DNA of 64,000 nt from Syntrophorhabdaceae bacterium (lineage in GTDB: Bacteria > Desulfobacterota > Syntrophorhabdia > Syntrophorhabdales > Syntrophorhabdaceae). The translations under genes and the position numbers were made by a program. The stretch lies in NCBI GenBank assembly GCA_963666485.2, contig CAXXUO010000009.1, forward strand, positions 64,001-128,000. Direction: 5' to 3'. The notes beneath the pieces were generated by a model, which saw only the letters and a program-made list of their open reading frames with translations, searched no databases and was not told the origin of the DNA. Numbering within the stretch: position 1 is the stretch's first letter; the number at the start of each line of letters is the position of its first letter. Positions 10,490 through 20,687 of the stretch are shown here, piece after piece.

Positions 10490-11259
10490 ACAGGCTGCGT
10501 ATCGAGAACGTATCGCGAAACTTTGGCGGGGTACGGGCCCTGGATGACGTTTCCTTCTTCGTCGAACCCGGGACCATCCACGGCCTGATCGGCCCGAACG
10601 GTGCAGGCAAGACGACGCTCATCAATATCCTCAGCGGCCTGCTTCCGCCCGATACCGGCCGGATGAGCTACAGGGACCGCGACCTCCATCGCCTGGCCGT
10701 ACATCAAATGGCGGCCATCGGTATAGCGAGGACCTTTCAGAACATTCGCCTGTTTCCGCATATGACCTGCCTGGAGAACGTCGAGGCAGGCCAGCACCTC
10801 ACATCGAAACGATCGCTTTTGCCCCGATTGCTCCAGCTGCCGTCGGCCCGCCGTGAGGACCGCGAGCTTCACGAACGCGCCATGGCGACGCTTGACCGCG
10901 TGGGCCTCGCCGACAAGGCCTATTATCAGTCTCGCAACCTGTCGTATGGAGAACGTCGCCGCCTGGAGATCGCCAGGGCCCTTGCCCTCAACCCGAGCCT
11001 GTTGCTCCTCGATGAGCCCGTGGCCGGCATGCGCCAGGGGGAGGCGTCCGTGGTTGCGGACCTTTTAGGGACTCTCAGCCGGGAAGGCATGACCATCCTT
11101 TTGATCGAGCACAACATGTCCTTTGTCATGAGCCTCTGTTCCCGCATCACCGTCCTCGATTTCGGCCGGGTGCTCACCACGGGCAGTCCTGAGGAAGTGC
11201 GGACGTGCCGTGAAGTGGTCGAAGCCTACCTTGGCACGGGAGTATCACATCATGCTTGA
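10486..11259 (+). CDS. livG: BCAA-type ABC transporter ATP-binding protein
   Basis: ATGA overlap with livM; Walker A GPNGAGKT, RTFQN and LLLLDEP. Confidence 0.9.
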   Translation: MNRLRIENVSRNFGGVRALDDVSFFVEPGTIHGLIGPNGAGKTTLINILSGLLPPDTGRMSYRDRDLHRLAVHQMAAIGIARTFQNIRLFPHMTCLENVEAGQHLTSKRSLLPRLLQLPSARREDRELHERAMATLDRVGLADKAYYQSRNLSYGERRRLEIARALALNPSLLLLDEPVAGMRQGEASVVADLLGTLSREGMTILLIEHNMSFVMSLCSRITVLDFGRVLTTGSPEEVRTCREVVEAYLGTGVSHHA

Positions 11260-11977
11260 GGTAAGCGGGCTCACCGTATCTTACGGTCACATCGAGGCGG
11301 TCCGCGACATCTCCTTTCACGTCGCCGAAGGGACCATAGTTTCCCTTGTCGGGCCCAACGGGGCCGGCAAGACGACGACACTGAATGCCTTAAGCGGCGT
11401 CATTCCTGCAGCGCACGGAAGCATCCGATTCCGGGGAAAGGATATCACCCGCGCAAGTGCCCACCGAAGGGTTTCTGAAGGGATAGTACAGGTCCCCGAG
11501 GGCCGCCTGGTGCTTGCCAACATGACCGTTCGGGAGAACCTGGAGCTGGGGGCGTACCGCCGGTCGGGCAGCGAGACCCGGGCAGCGATTGCCGTCATGG
11601 AGGAACGCTTCCCCATTCTCGCCGAACGCCGCAAGTCGCTCGCAGGTACCCTTTCCGGCGGGGAACAGCAGATGCTTGCCATTGCCCGAGGTCTTATGGC
11701 GAAGCCCAGGCTGCTGCTTCTCGACGAGCCATCCCTCGGCCTCGCACCTTTACTCGTTCAGACCATCTTCGAGATCATCGTCGAGCTGAACTCCGAGGGC
11801 CTCACAATCCTGCTCGTGGAACAGAACGCCCACCAGGCCCTCCTGGTTTCTTCGTACGGCTATGTCATGGAAAGCGGGAAGATCGTTCTCGAAGGCTCGG
11901 CAGATCAATTAATGGCCGATCAGGCGGTCATAGACTCCTACCTCGGCCAGGTCCAGCCGGCCGAGTGCGGCGAGTAA
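11252..11977 (+). CDS. livF: BCAA-type ABC transporter ATP-binding protein
   Basis: GPNGAGKT, VPEGR, LSGGEQQMLA, DEPSLGLAP and LVEQNA. Confidence 0.9.
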   Translation: MLEVSGLTVSYGHIEAVRDISFHVAEGTIVSLVGPNGAGKTTTLNALSGVIPAAHGSIRFRGKDITRASAHRRVSEGIVQVPEGRLVLANMTVRENLELGAYRRSGSETRAAIAVMEERFPILAERRKSLAGTLSGGEQQMLAIARGLMAKPRLLLLDEPSLGLAPLLVQTIFEIIVELNSEGLTILLVEQNAHQALLVSSYGYVMESGKIVLEGSADQLMADQAVIDSYLGQVQPAECGE

Positions 11978-11979
11978 TT

Positions 11980-12015
11980 TCAGAGGGGTTGCTTCACATT
12001 AATCAACCCCTCTGA
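11980..12015 (+). terminator. hairpin after livF, probable terminator
   Basis: Perfect 12-bp stem TCAGAGGGGTTG/CAACCCCTCTGA; no clear U-tract. Confidence 0.55.
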
Positions 12016-12083
12016 TAAATGTAAGACATTTATACTCATTTCTCATTGCCGCTTTGTGCAATTCCCCTTGAGAAATACCCCTT

Positions 12084-12443
12084 TTGGTGATATCTATTTG
12101 TTCGGGGAACATTATGGGTTCTTCTCGCAGAAGCATAGTCGATATCAATGTCCTGATCAACGAACTCTCGAGCGCAGAAAACGGTGCCATCATATTCAGC
12201 TCATCAACAGGCAGGCAATACTCGGTGGAAGACGCGGCATGGGGAAATGGCGCCTTCACGAAAGCCCTTGTCGAAGGCATATCGGGCAAGGCGGATTTCA
12301 CGGGGAAAGGGAGGATAACGATAAACATGCTCGACCTGTATCTTTCTGAAAGGGTCAAGCAATTAACCAGGGGTCAGCAGACTCCGACCACCGCCAAGCC
12401 GGTTACCATCCCCGACTTTCCTCTGGCAATAATCGTAAAATAA
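12084..12443 (+). pseudogene. C-terminal remnant of a peptidase C14 (caspase/metacaspase-like) gene
   Basis: SSSTGRQYSVE...WGNGAFTKALVEG...L..YLSERVKQLT.GQQTP is the p10 region; the His-containing N-terminal half is missing. Confidence 0.7.
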
Positions 12444-12530
12444 CCGGGATCTATTGCAGAATAACCGGCAGGTTTCTCTTTCAGGTGATATCCGGCTTCC
12501 CGGGGCCTGGGACCATGCAGAATTATCAGG

Positions 12531-12773
12531 TTACCTGAGTTGAGCTTTCGGGCATACCAGCGCCTGAAGGCCATCCGGGGAATCGTGCCTGACAAAATCT
12601 TCCCATATCGGACCAGTGTCACACGAAACCACCTTTCCGTCACAGCAAATGCAATCATAGCGAAGTACCCTGCAATGATAGCAATTTTTTCCCCAAACCT
12701 CCCCCGCATTCACGACACCCAGAAAACCCAGGATCCCCACAAAAATGACAGCTGCACAAAGAATATTTTTCAT
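12531..12773 (-). CDS. small secreted Cys-rich protein
   Basis: RBS GGAGG, signal peptide, seven Cys in a ~57 aa mature part. Confidence 0.6.
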   Translation of the reverse strand: MKNILCAAVIFVGILGFLGVVNAGEVWGKNCYHCRVLRYDCICCDGKVVSCDTGPIWEDFVRHDSPDGLQALVCPKAQLR

Positions 12774-13039
12774 TTTATACCTCCGTATACGATTATCCCA
12801 AATTTTCCCGGAAATACTGTATCGCCAGTTTTAAACAGTTGCTGTAAATAATTGATGAATATTATTTAACGGATCGTTTAACCGCGGCGGACAGGGACGT
12901 CCCCCCAACCCTACAAATGGTTGTGCGCAGGCAATGTTGAAGGCTTTATCTTTGCCAGCTGCGGGAACAATGCACATCTTATTCATAAGAGATTGCCCCG
13001 TGATCGGGGTTGTCCCGCCATCACTGCGGGAGGTGAAAC

Positions 13040-13870
13040 ATGATCTGTTTATTACGGTATACGACCAATCTTAACGTGTGTCTTTGGTGCGTGATGATCG
13101 CCGCAGCTATTTGCACTTCCGCATTGATCGCATCGCCTCCGGTTGAAGCCGCGGTCCGGACCCAGGATGTTACCTATACTTCAGGCTCGGTCACTCTCCA
13201 GGGATACCTCGCCTACAATGACAAGATCACCGGGAAAAGGCCCGGCGTCCTCGTCGTTCATGAATGGAAGGGAATATCCGCTTATGAGAAGATGAGGGTG
13301 GAGCAGCTTGCATCCATGGGCTACGTTGCTTTCGCGGCAGACATCTACGGCAAGGATGTCAGACCCTCCACAACCGAGGAAGCATCCAGGACAGCCGCCA
13401 TTTACAGAAATGACCGGGGCTTACTGCGCGCGAGGGCCCTGGCCGGCCTTCAGGTCCTCAAGGAATTCCGTTATACCGATCCCTCACGCGTAGCGGCCAT
13501 CGGCTATTGTTTCGGCGGCACCACGGTCCTCGAGATGGCACGGGCCAATGCCGGCCTCGCAGGAGTCGTCAGTTTCCACGGGAACCTCGACACGCCGAAC
13601 CGCGCCGCGGGACGTATAGCGACAAAGATACTCGCACTTACAGGGGCTGATGACCCCTATGTTCCCCCGGCCCAGCGCCTCGCCTTCGAAGAGGAGATGC
13701 GGGCGGCACAGACAGATTGGCAGATGATCATTTATGGCGGGGCCGTCCACTCATTCACCAATCCAGCATCGGGCAACAACCCGGCCAGCGGAGTCGCTTA
13801 TAATAAAACAGCAGATCGACGTTCATTCGCCGCGATGCAGGCTTTTTTCGGAGAATTGTTCGGGCAATAA
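13040..13870 (+). CDS. dienelactone hydrolase family protein (exported)
   Basis: Motifs VVHEW, GYCFGG, SFHG, GADD and HSFT. Confidence 0.9.
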   Translation: MICLLRYTTNLNVCLWCVMIAAAICTSALIASPPVEAAVRTQDVTYTSGSVTLQGYLAYNDKITGKRPGVLVVHEWKGISAYEKMRVEQLASMGYVAFAADIYGKDVRPSTTEEASRTAAIYRNDRGLLRARALAGLQVLKEFRYTDPSRVAAIGYCFGGTTVLEMARANAGLAGVVSFHGNLDTPNRAAGRIATKILALTGADDPYVPPAQRLAFEEEMRAAQTDWQMIIYGGAVHSFTNPASGNNPASGVAYNKTADRRSFAAMQAFFGELFGQ

Positions 13871-14128
13871 TACCAGGAGACCCTCACCCTTTCCCGCTGT
13901 GTCAAATCGGCGGATTGATCGGGCGGTTGCGGTACATGCCATTATTGTCGAATACTGCCGTACAGGTCGACGACTATGTCGAACCTCTCCAATGTACGTA
14001 CAAAATAGATAATTATTTCCAACTGTTAGGTATCACATATGGTGGTATGTTTATTGCTAACATATACGTATAAATATGAAGCTCTGTATTTGTATACTTT
14101 TTCATGTAACAAGCAAGGAGAACCAGAG

Positions 14129-14530
14129 ATGAAAAACGTGGCCGCAATCATAATTATCGCTGCTTTCATCTTCCTGGGGTTCTGTCCGGGCAGCACTTCC
14201 TACGCCCGCGGAGGAGGTCACGGAGGGGGCCATGGTGGAAGCCACAGTGGAGGCCATGCAGGTGGTTATCATGGTACGGGTCATTCCTACCACGGAGGAG
14301 GTCACTACTACCGCGGAGGCGGCTATCGCGGCGGACCTCGAGTCTATGTCAGACCTTTAGGATACCCCTATTACGGCTACCCCTACTATTATACGGCCCC
14401 ATATTACCCTTACCCCTATGGGGAGCAGCAACCTTATGGTGTTTCCTACTGTCGTGATCCGCAGGGCTATTATCCCGACGTGACAGACTGTCCCGGCGGC
14501 TGGATCGAAGTGGTCCCCCCAACCCCATAA
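14129..14530 (+). CDS. exported Gly/His/Tyr-rich protein
   Basis: RBS AAGGAG before ATG 14129; signal peptide, GGGH repeats, C-terminal YC.DP.GYYP.V..CPGGW motif. Confidence 0.7.
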   Translation: MKNVAAIIIIAAFIFLGFCPGSTSYARGGGHGGGHGGSHSGGHAGGYHGTGHSYHGGGHYYRGGGYRGGPRVYVRPLGYPYYGYPYYYTAPYYPYPYGEQQPYGVSYCRDPQGYYPDVTDCPGGWIEVVPPTP

Positions 14531-14798
14531 GACGTGAGAACCCGGGACGTTCTTCAGGAAGCGAGCAGCTTCTATCTTCTTCCCGTTTTCGAAGCAATAT
14601 TCCGGTTGGCGGCAATTTTTTCTTAATCAATAACGAACGTCCCTCTGTCCGGGCATAGATATTACGCTTTCCATGATAGATGGGGCCCCGAACTTGACTA
14701 TACCAGGCCCGATGGTTAGAGATTCAATCAGAGCATAAAGACAAGGGCTGAGCAGGCCCGGGAAATGACTCGGAAAGAAATGAGGGGAGGTATGGACT

Positions 14799-15215
14799 AT
14801 GAAAACGGTCTTATCGGTTTCGTTTGTGATTCTTGCCGGTATCATGTCGGTTGTACTCGCTTTTGGTTACACCACGGATCAGGCGTCGAACGGAAAGGAA
14901 CTCTACGTCAAAAATTGTGCGGTCTGTCACGGCGCCGGCGGCGAAGGAGGCGCAGTCCCCGCGCAGTTTGGCAAACTTGCAGGAATGAAGGCGCCCCGCA
15001 TAGTTGGCCCGGGGTTTCTGCCCGGCATGAAGGATGTGGGCCAGGTCTATGACTTTGCAAGCAAGAAGATGCCGGGTGATAAGCCGGGCAGCTTAAAGAG
15101 CGATGAGTACCTTGACATCATCTCCTTTGCCCTCCAGGCAAACGGCATCAAACCGGACGGCAAACCTCTCACCCCGGCTTCGGCAAAGAAGATAAAACTG
15201 GGCAGCGGGAAATAG
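14799..15215 (+). CDS. monoheme cytochrome c
   Basis: Signal peptide, CAVCH heme motif, distal Met in KKMP. Confidence 0.9.
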   Translation: MKTVLSVSFVILAGIMSVVLAFGYTTDQASNGKELYVKNCAVCHGAGGEGGAVPAQFGKLAGMKAPRIVGPGFLPGMKDVGQVYDFASKKMPGDKPGSLKSDEYLDIISFALQANGIKPDGKPLTPASAKKIKLGSGK

Positions 15216-15240
15216 GCGCTGATCCCGATCGGGCGCCTTA

Positions 15241-15286
15241 AAGGGAAGTCGGCGAGGTGATTGACTTGCCTGACTTCCCTTTTTTT
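15241..15286 (+). terminator. rho-independent terminator
   Basis: AAGGGAAGTC-GGCGAG...CTTGCC-TGACTTCCCTT stem followed by a T-run, between convergent genes. Confidence 0.75.
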
Positions 15287-15314
15287 ACAATGGCATTACG
15301 AAGGATTGCACAAA

Positions 15315-15719
15315 TCAGCCTTCAATGATTTCATAGCCGGCTGATTCCAATGATGGCCTGGTATATATAAAGAGCATTTCAACCGGCTCGTCGAAGGGAT
15401 TATAGAACCAATGGACGGCTTTTCTTGGCACAAACATAGTCTGCCCGGCAGACATCTCCGTCTCAGTATTGTACAATCCGCTTATTCCCTTCCCGGAAAG
15501 AATGTAGATAATTTCCTCTGCATGAGGGTGCACGTGTTTTTTATGTTTTGCTGTTTTTGCCTCGAACCTGCAATATGCAAAAGTTACGTCCTTAGCGCCT
15601 GCCGTATCTTGGTCAACTATAATAATCCTTTCTGAATCAAACAGATCTTTGATCGGTTCCCGTCTCCCATCTTTTAAATCAAACACATGCTTCATAATTG
15701 CCGGTTCTTTTTCTTTCAT
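15315..15719 (-). CDS. cupin domain protein
   Basis: H.HPHAEEIIYILSGKG and FVP..AVH.F.N motifs. Confidence 0.85.
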   Translation of the reverse strand: MKEKEPAIMKHVFDLKDGRREPIKDLFDSERIIIVDQDTAGAKDVTFAYCRFEAKTAKHKKHVHPHAEEIIYILSGKGISGLYNTETEMSAGQTMFVPRKAVHWFYNPFDEPVEMLFIYTRPSLESAGYEIIEG

Positions 15720-15773
15720 GTTGTGTCCTTTACGTGTGATGAAACTATGTTTAGCATTTCCCATCATTTACCG

Positions 15774-18700
15774 TCAGAACGCCACCCTCAGGCCCCCGTT
15801 TATGTTGTGGGCGATGTAATTGTCCATGCCGATCTGGGCGCTGTAGCCGATACTGAGGGATGCGCCGTTCTGCAGGAACATCGAGATCCCCGCACCGCAC
15901 AGGACAAAATTCCTGCCGGGTGACGGGCTCTCTATGCTGAAGGGGGAACTCCCCTGAGCCAGTCGGGACGTGATGGTCTGGTCTCCCCTGAGGAAATCAT
16001 ACCCGTAGGATGCGTGGATGAGCGGCATTATGAGGGCCTTGCCCGTATCAAACGTGTAGTATATCCTCCCGCCGAAGTTCCCCATGAGGGACTGCGTGTC
16101 CTGGCTGTTCACGGTCAGGTCCAGGGCGCCCGCGCCGGATTCGGTGAAGCTGTCGAGGTTAAGCTTGATATACTGGAGGGAAGCAGTGGGGACAAGGGTC
16201 CATTTGCTCACGTTGAACTCGTAGCCTGTGCCTCCGTAAAGGGTGAACTGCCGGCCGGCGGGCTTTGAGGTCGCTGTGCGGTCGATGCCGGGGAAGACGA
16301 TGCGCCGGGTGTTCCTGTAGTCAGACCACCCGTAGCTTGCCTGCCCGTCCACGAAAAACCCCTTGCTATACCAGGTCCCGTAGGCACCGAGGGTGTATCC
16401 GTCCATCTTCACCTTGCTGTCGTAGTCGTCCACGTTCGCCCGGGAGCCCGTATATCCCACGAGGAGGCCCGCGGCCAGGTTGTTCGTGAACCTGTAGTCC
16501 ATGCCGAACGTGATCCCGGCACTCGTGAATCTGTACCCCAACTGGTCGGGGGTATCCCTCTGGTCCCCGGAGACGGCGTTGCCTTTCACGAAGGCGCCCC
16601 ATCTGTCATCGGCGCCCGAAGGAAGCATGCCCGTGAGGTCCGGCCCCGCCGAGGCGATGAGGACGGGTTTATCCCTCCCGTCCCGTATAAAATTGCTGTT
16701 CCTGATGAACGTCCCGTCGAGGCCAGTCCCTCTCACTCCGCGCCGTATGTCGGAGAGGCGGTCGGATATGTTGCCTGCCTGGAACACGGCGGAACTGGTG
16801 CCCATGCTGAAAATGGCCTCGCTCCCCCGGGGGGCGATCTGGTCGTAGACGCCCGGCACCTGGCTGTACCCGCGCAAAGCATCGATGGCGGCAAGAACCG
16901 TATTGAGGTCGCCCGTGGCGGTGTTGCCGACACTGTTAAGCATGGTGCCCACCGCCCTCTGGTTGGTGTTGAGGAAGGGGAGGAGTACCTCGTTCACATA
17001 GTCGCGCTGGACCACGAGGTAAACCTGGTTGGGGACGTCGTACCTGGGTTTGAAGACCACGGTTGGGGTGATATTGGTGAGAAGGCTCGAGAACTGTCCC
17101 GTTATCCCCTCCGTGGCGGTGAGGAAAGCGCCGAATACGGTCCCTATAGCGGGGGTGACGCCGCCCTGCCAGGAGGTCTGGAGTATGCCGTTGAGATAGG
17201 CTCCCCCGGTGACGGCAAGGACGTCGTTGCTCGTGTGTGAGGCAACCTCGATGAGGAGTTTGGCCTGACGTTCCTGGTAGTAGTCGCCTATGATGGAGAG
17301 AGTGCCAATGGAGTTGCCGGGCTTGATGGTGCCGGACAGATGGTAGAAACCGTACGGCGCCTCGATGGTGCCGCTTCCGGAGACAACGCCGCCGTCGAGG
17401 ACAAAGAACCCGTCTTCGGGGTCCTCATCATTGGCGGGCCTCACCATCTTCACCGTGCCGTTGACGTTGAATACGCCGGCGGAAATCTGGACCGCTTCGT
17501 CAAACTGCATTGTCAACCCGGACGGGTTGATCAGAACCGTGTCCGCCATCAGCGTTGTCAGTGACCTGGCTTTTATGTCTGCGGTCTGCGTGACAACCCC
17601 GCCGCCCATCACTATCTTTCCCATAAGAAGGGTAACCTTGTAACTGTTCCAGGTAGCCGCCTCGTTGTTCACAACGTCACCCATCGTGACGGTCCATTTC
17701 CCGGACAGTTTGTTAGCCCCTCCCAGGGGGTCTTCTCCCCAGAAGGTATTGGAAAGAAAAGTCCAGCCAAAGTTGGTGACGCTCGCAGAATCCTGTTTAT
17801 CAGCCGCAAGGTTCTGCGTGGAGTTGAATAGCCGGCTCTTTGTTCCGTACGGAGAGGTAATGTAAGCGGTCAGGTCGCCGCGCCTGGTATGGGTAAAGTT
17901 GAGGTTCACCTCGACGCCTTCGAGGGGCTGCCTGAGTGAAGCAGGGAGCTCGGCCGTCGTCAATGTGAGGTCCTTGCTCGTACCCATGTTGGTGCTGCCG
18001 TTGAAATATTTTATCTTCTCATTGACCGTTTGCGTGCCCGTCGCGTACGAGGTTTGATTGGTCACATAGAGCACGTTTTTTACCGTTTCTACAAATTTGC
18101 CCGCGTTGATGTTGCCGAAGCCATAGTTGGGGTTGAACCAATTGCCGGCTCCGTTTTGCACCCAGCCCCCCGTCGCACTTGCGTCGTTGGGGTCCACCTT
18201 CGTGCTCGTACTGACGAGCACGTGCTTGGCCATGCGCACATCCATCTGCTTGTTGGCCTCCATCCCGAGTGCCAGGATGCCGGACACGAGGGGGGCGGAG
18301 GAGGAAGTGCCTCCGAAGGTGCTCGTGTAGCTGGTATCGGGGAACTGGTCGGTCCAGTCGCCTTTTGTATTCCCGGTGGAATAACGGTTATAGCCCAGGC
18401 TATCGCCTGTCCTGTCGGTGGTCGTAATGCCGAAGGTGTAGTAGCCGGAATATATACCGGACCTGTTCGACGGCGCCGTGACAAAGACGTTGGAGCCGTA
18501 GTTGCTGTAGTCCGTGAATTTCCCGTCGCTGCCCATGGCTGCCACGGTTATCACGTTCGCGTTCGTGAGGACATTGTCCTTACCGGTGTCCTCGTTGGCC
18601 TTGCCCCGCTCGTTCCCCGCCGACCAGACGTGTATGATGCCGTTGCGCGTCGTCGCATTGATTGCCGACGTTATGTTGGGGCCGTGAAGGTCGTCGTTCG

Positions 18701-19442
18701 TGTTCCAGGGCGTGTTCTGGCCATAGCTATGGTTCATGATATTGATCTGCGGTTTGGCCGTGATCTTCTCTGTCGCCGGGTCGACGCCGCTCTTCCAGTA
18801 ATAGGCCTGCACATACAAAGCCCTTTTGTCCGTATCGTTCTTTTCGTATCCCGTGTAGGGATTAAGCGCGGCGATGGAAGCATATGGCGCGGCCCCCGTG
18901 CCGCCTATCTTGTTGCCTCCCCGGGCGGCCGCCACACCCGCCACGGCCTGTCCATGGTTGTCATCGTTATCAATGGGTCCTTGAGCCTGACCGGCAATAG
19001 TGCTGTCCGAACTGAAGTTCCGGCTGAGGTCTGACCTGTAGTTGGGCGCTATATCCGGATGGGTCCCCTGCACGCCGTCGTCGACGATCCCGATGACTAT
19101 TCCCTTACCCGTATATCCGAGCTTCCAGGCCTGCTTAAGGCCCGCGTCCACACCGGAGTTCGTCATCAGTACTTTACTCGTTCCCCCGTCAGGGATCGTA
19201 AGCTGAATGCCCGCAAGGGGTGCGTTATTTATAAGGTGCCACTGTCCGGGAAAGTCCGGCCTTGCCGTTGCGTCGTACAAGAAATACGGGTCGTCGGGGT
19301 AAAATGGGATAGTCTGGCAAAGAACGCCAAGAGGGAGAAATGCCACCGCGCAGAAAAGTAAAAATATCTTCGCCATAGTACGAACGGCCAACAAGAATTT
19401 GTTTTTTAGCATAAGATACCACTGATGTCCAAGATAACCCAT
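15774..19442 (-). CDS. S8 (kexin/subtilisin-like) serine protease with P-domain and C-terminal autotransporter beta-barrel
   Basis: Catalytic motifs IVDDG, NHGQAVAG, SAGN and GGTSSSAP; P-domain H.RRGDL...LTSP.GT; beta-barrel ending in F. Confidence 0.9.
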   Translation of the reverse strand: MGYLGHQWYLMLKNKFLLAVRTMAKIFLLFCAVAFLPLGVLCQTIPFYPDDPYFLYDATARPDFPGQWHLINNAPLAGIQLTIPDGGTSKVLMTNSGVDAGLKQAWKLGYTGKGIVIGIVDDGVQGTHPDIAPNYRSDLSRNFSSDSTIAGQAQGPIDNDDNHGQAVAGVAAARGGNKIGGTGAAPYASIAALNPYTGYEKNDTDKRALYVQAYYWKSGVDPATEKITAKPQINIMNHSYGQNTPWNTNDDLHGPNITSAINATTRNGIIHVWSAGNERGKANEDTGKDNVLTNANVITVAAMGSDGKFTDYSNYGSNVFVTAPSNRSGIYSGYYTFGITTTDRTGDSLGYNRYSTGNTKGDWTDQFPDTSYTSTFGGTSSSAPLVSGILALGMEANKQMDVRMAKHVLVSTSTKVDPNDASATGGWVQNGAGNWFNPNYGFGNINAGKFVETVKNVLYVTNQTSYATGTQTVNEKIKYFNGSTNMGTSKDLTLTTAELPASLRQPLEGVEVNLNFTHTRRGDLTAYITSPYGTKSRLFNSTQNLAADKQDSASVTNFGWTFLSNTFWGEDPLGGANKLSGKWTVTMGDVVNNEAATWNSYKVTLLMGKIVMGGGVVTQTADIKARSLTTLMADTVLINPSGLTMQFDEAVQISAGVFNVNGTVKMVRPANDEDPEDGFFVLDGGVVSGSGTIEAPYGFYHLSGTIKPGNSIGTLSIIGDYYQERQAKLLIEVASHTSNDVLAVTGGAYLNGILQTSWQGGVTPAIGTVFGAFLTATEGITGQFSSLLTNITPTVVFKPRYDVPNQVYLVVQRDYVNEVLLPFLNTNQRAVGTMLNSVGNTATGDLNTVLAAIDALRGYSQVPGVYDQIAPRGSEAIFSMGTSSAVFQAGNISDRLSDIRRGVRGTGLDGTFIRNSNFIRDGRDKPVLIASAGPDLTGMLPSGADDRWGAFVKGNAVSGDQRDTPDQLGYRFTSAGITFGMDYRFTNNLAAGLLVGYTGSRANVDDYDSKVKMDGYTLGAYGTWYSKGFFVDGQASYGWSDYRNTRRIVFPGIDRTATSKPAGRQFTLYGGTGYEFNVSKWTLVPTASLQYIKLNLDSFTESGAGALDLTVNSQDTQSLMGNFGGRIYYTFDTGKALIMPLIHASYGYDFLRGDQTITSRLAQGSSPFSIESPSPGRNFVLCGAGISMFLQNGASLSIGYSAQIGMDNYIAHNINGGLRVAF

Positions 19443-19793
19443 TTCCCGGACTCCTTATGTTATAAAACAACGGTTTAAGACAGTCAAATCCCTCATTCAC
19501 AAACGCGGGTGAATGGGGACATCCTTGACCCCCCCTGAACCCCCACTGTGCTGACAGCAGTCTGTCATGAGTGCGTCGCTGATTAAAGTTGAATAATATG
19601 CCGGATGAAAGGACAATAGATGAAACGGTGTTCCAGGGTGGTGGGTTGCCCAATGCAAGAACCGGGATTGCCGACGGAAAAGTGAACTCACAATCGAGTT
19701 CGCAAAAATACATTTTTCCTGCGACATGCCCCTGTCATCCTCAGATGATACGATCACCGCAACGACATTCAATCCGGGAGGTCAGAACCCGTC

Positions 19794-20297
19794 ATGAATC
19801 ACTACTGGGTTGTTGAGAACAAGTTCTTGGCCGGAGAGTATCCCAGGAATAGAGACGAAGAGACATCCCAGGGCAAGATCGATGCCTTGATCGCGCTCGG
19901 TGTAACGGCGTTCATTGATCTCACCCATGAAGCCGACGGGATGGAACCGTACACCCATCTTCTTCATAATTACAAATCCCGGGGAATCTCGTACCAGCAG
20001 TACCCGATACCGGACCTCTCGATTCCGGCATCGAAAGCGGCAACCAAGGAGATTCTCGATACGATCGATCAACATATCGCCAATGGCAGGATGGTTTACG
20101 TGCACTGCTGGGGAGGAGTGGGCCGGACGGGTGTTATCGTCGGGTGCTGGCTGGCACGCCACGGCTTTTCCGGAGACACCGCGCTTTCACGCCTGCATGA
20201 ACTCTGGCAGCAGAATCCCAAATCCAGGTTCAAAAGATCTCCCGAAACGCAGCTTCAGGAAAGGTACATCAGGGAATGGAAGGAAGAGCCTGTATAA
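19794..20297 (+). CDS. dual-specificity/tyrosine protein phosphatase
   Basis: CX5R motif VHCWGGVGRTG; YPIPD acid loop. Confidence 0.9.
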   Translation: MNHYWVVENKFLAGEYPRNRDEETSQGKIDALIALGVTAFIDLTHEADGMEPYTHLLHNYKSRGISYQQYPIPDLSIPASKAATKEILDTIDQHIANGRMVYVHCWGGVGRTGVIVGCWLARHGFSGDTALSRLHELWQQNPKSRFKRSPETQLQERYIREWKEEPV

Positions 20298-20439
20298 CCG
20301 AACCCGGGAAATGATAAAGGGATGTAGTTGTCTTCGTCCCTTAGTTAAATGTCATCTTGGGTTTTCCGCCATTTAATCGGTTATGTATCGGATAACTTTC
20401 AAGGATTTACAAAATATTTAAACCTGAAAAAAATAAAGT

Positions 20440-20483
20440 GCGCGCCTGTGGTGACTCGAACACCAAACCTACGGATTAGAAGT
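20440..20483 (-). repeat. att site: 44-bp copy of the tRNA-Arg 3' half
   Basis: Identical to 58073-58116. Confidence 0.95.
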
Positions 20484-20687
20484 GGCTTGAAAGGAGGATT
20501 TTTCCTTTCCCGATCGCCACCTGATATTTCCTTATTAAGCTTTCAGTAGTTAACTATTTGAGAGTTATACCTATTGGCTCCAATATGCTATGTATGGATA
20601 CTGCACACTCAGTGTACATTAAGACTGAATACCCGAAATTGCGCAACGTTATCTGCCTAAAGGCGCATACGCTGTATCATGCGACTC

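Noticed and set aside
18030..19034. 334-aa antisense ORF and similar long shadow ORFs in GC-rich genes
   Set aside because: Antisense to well-supported genes and lacking recognisable motifs.
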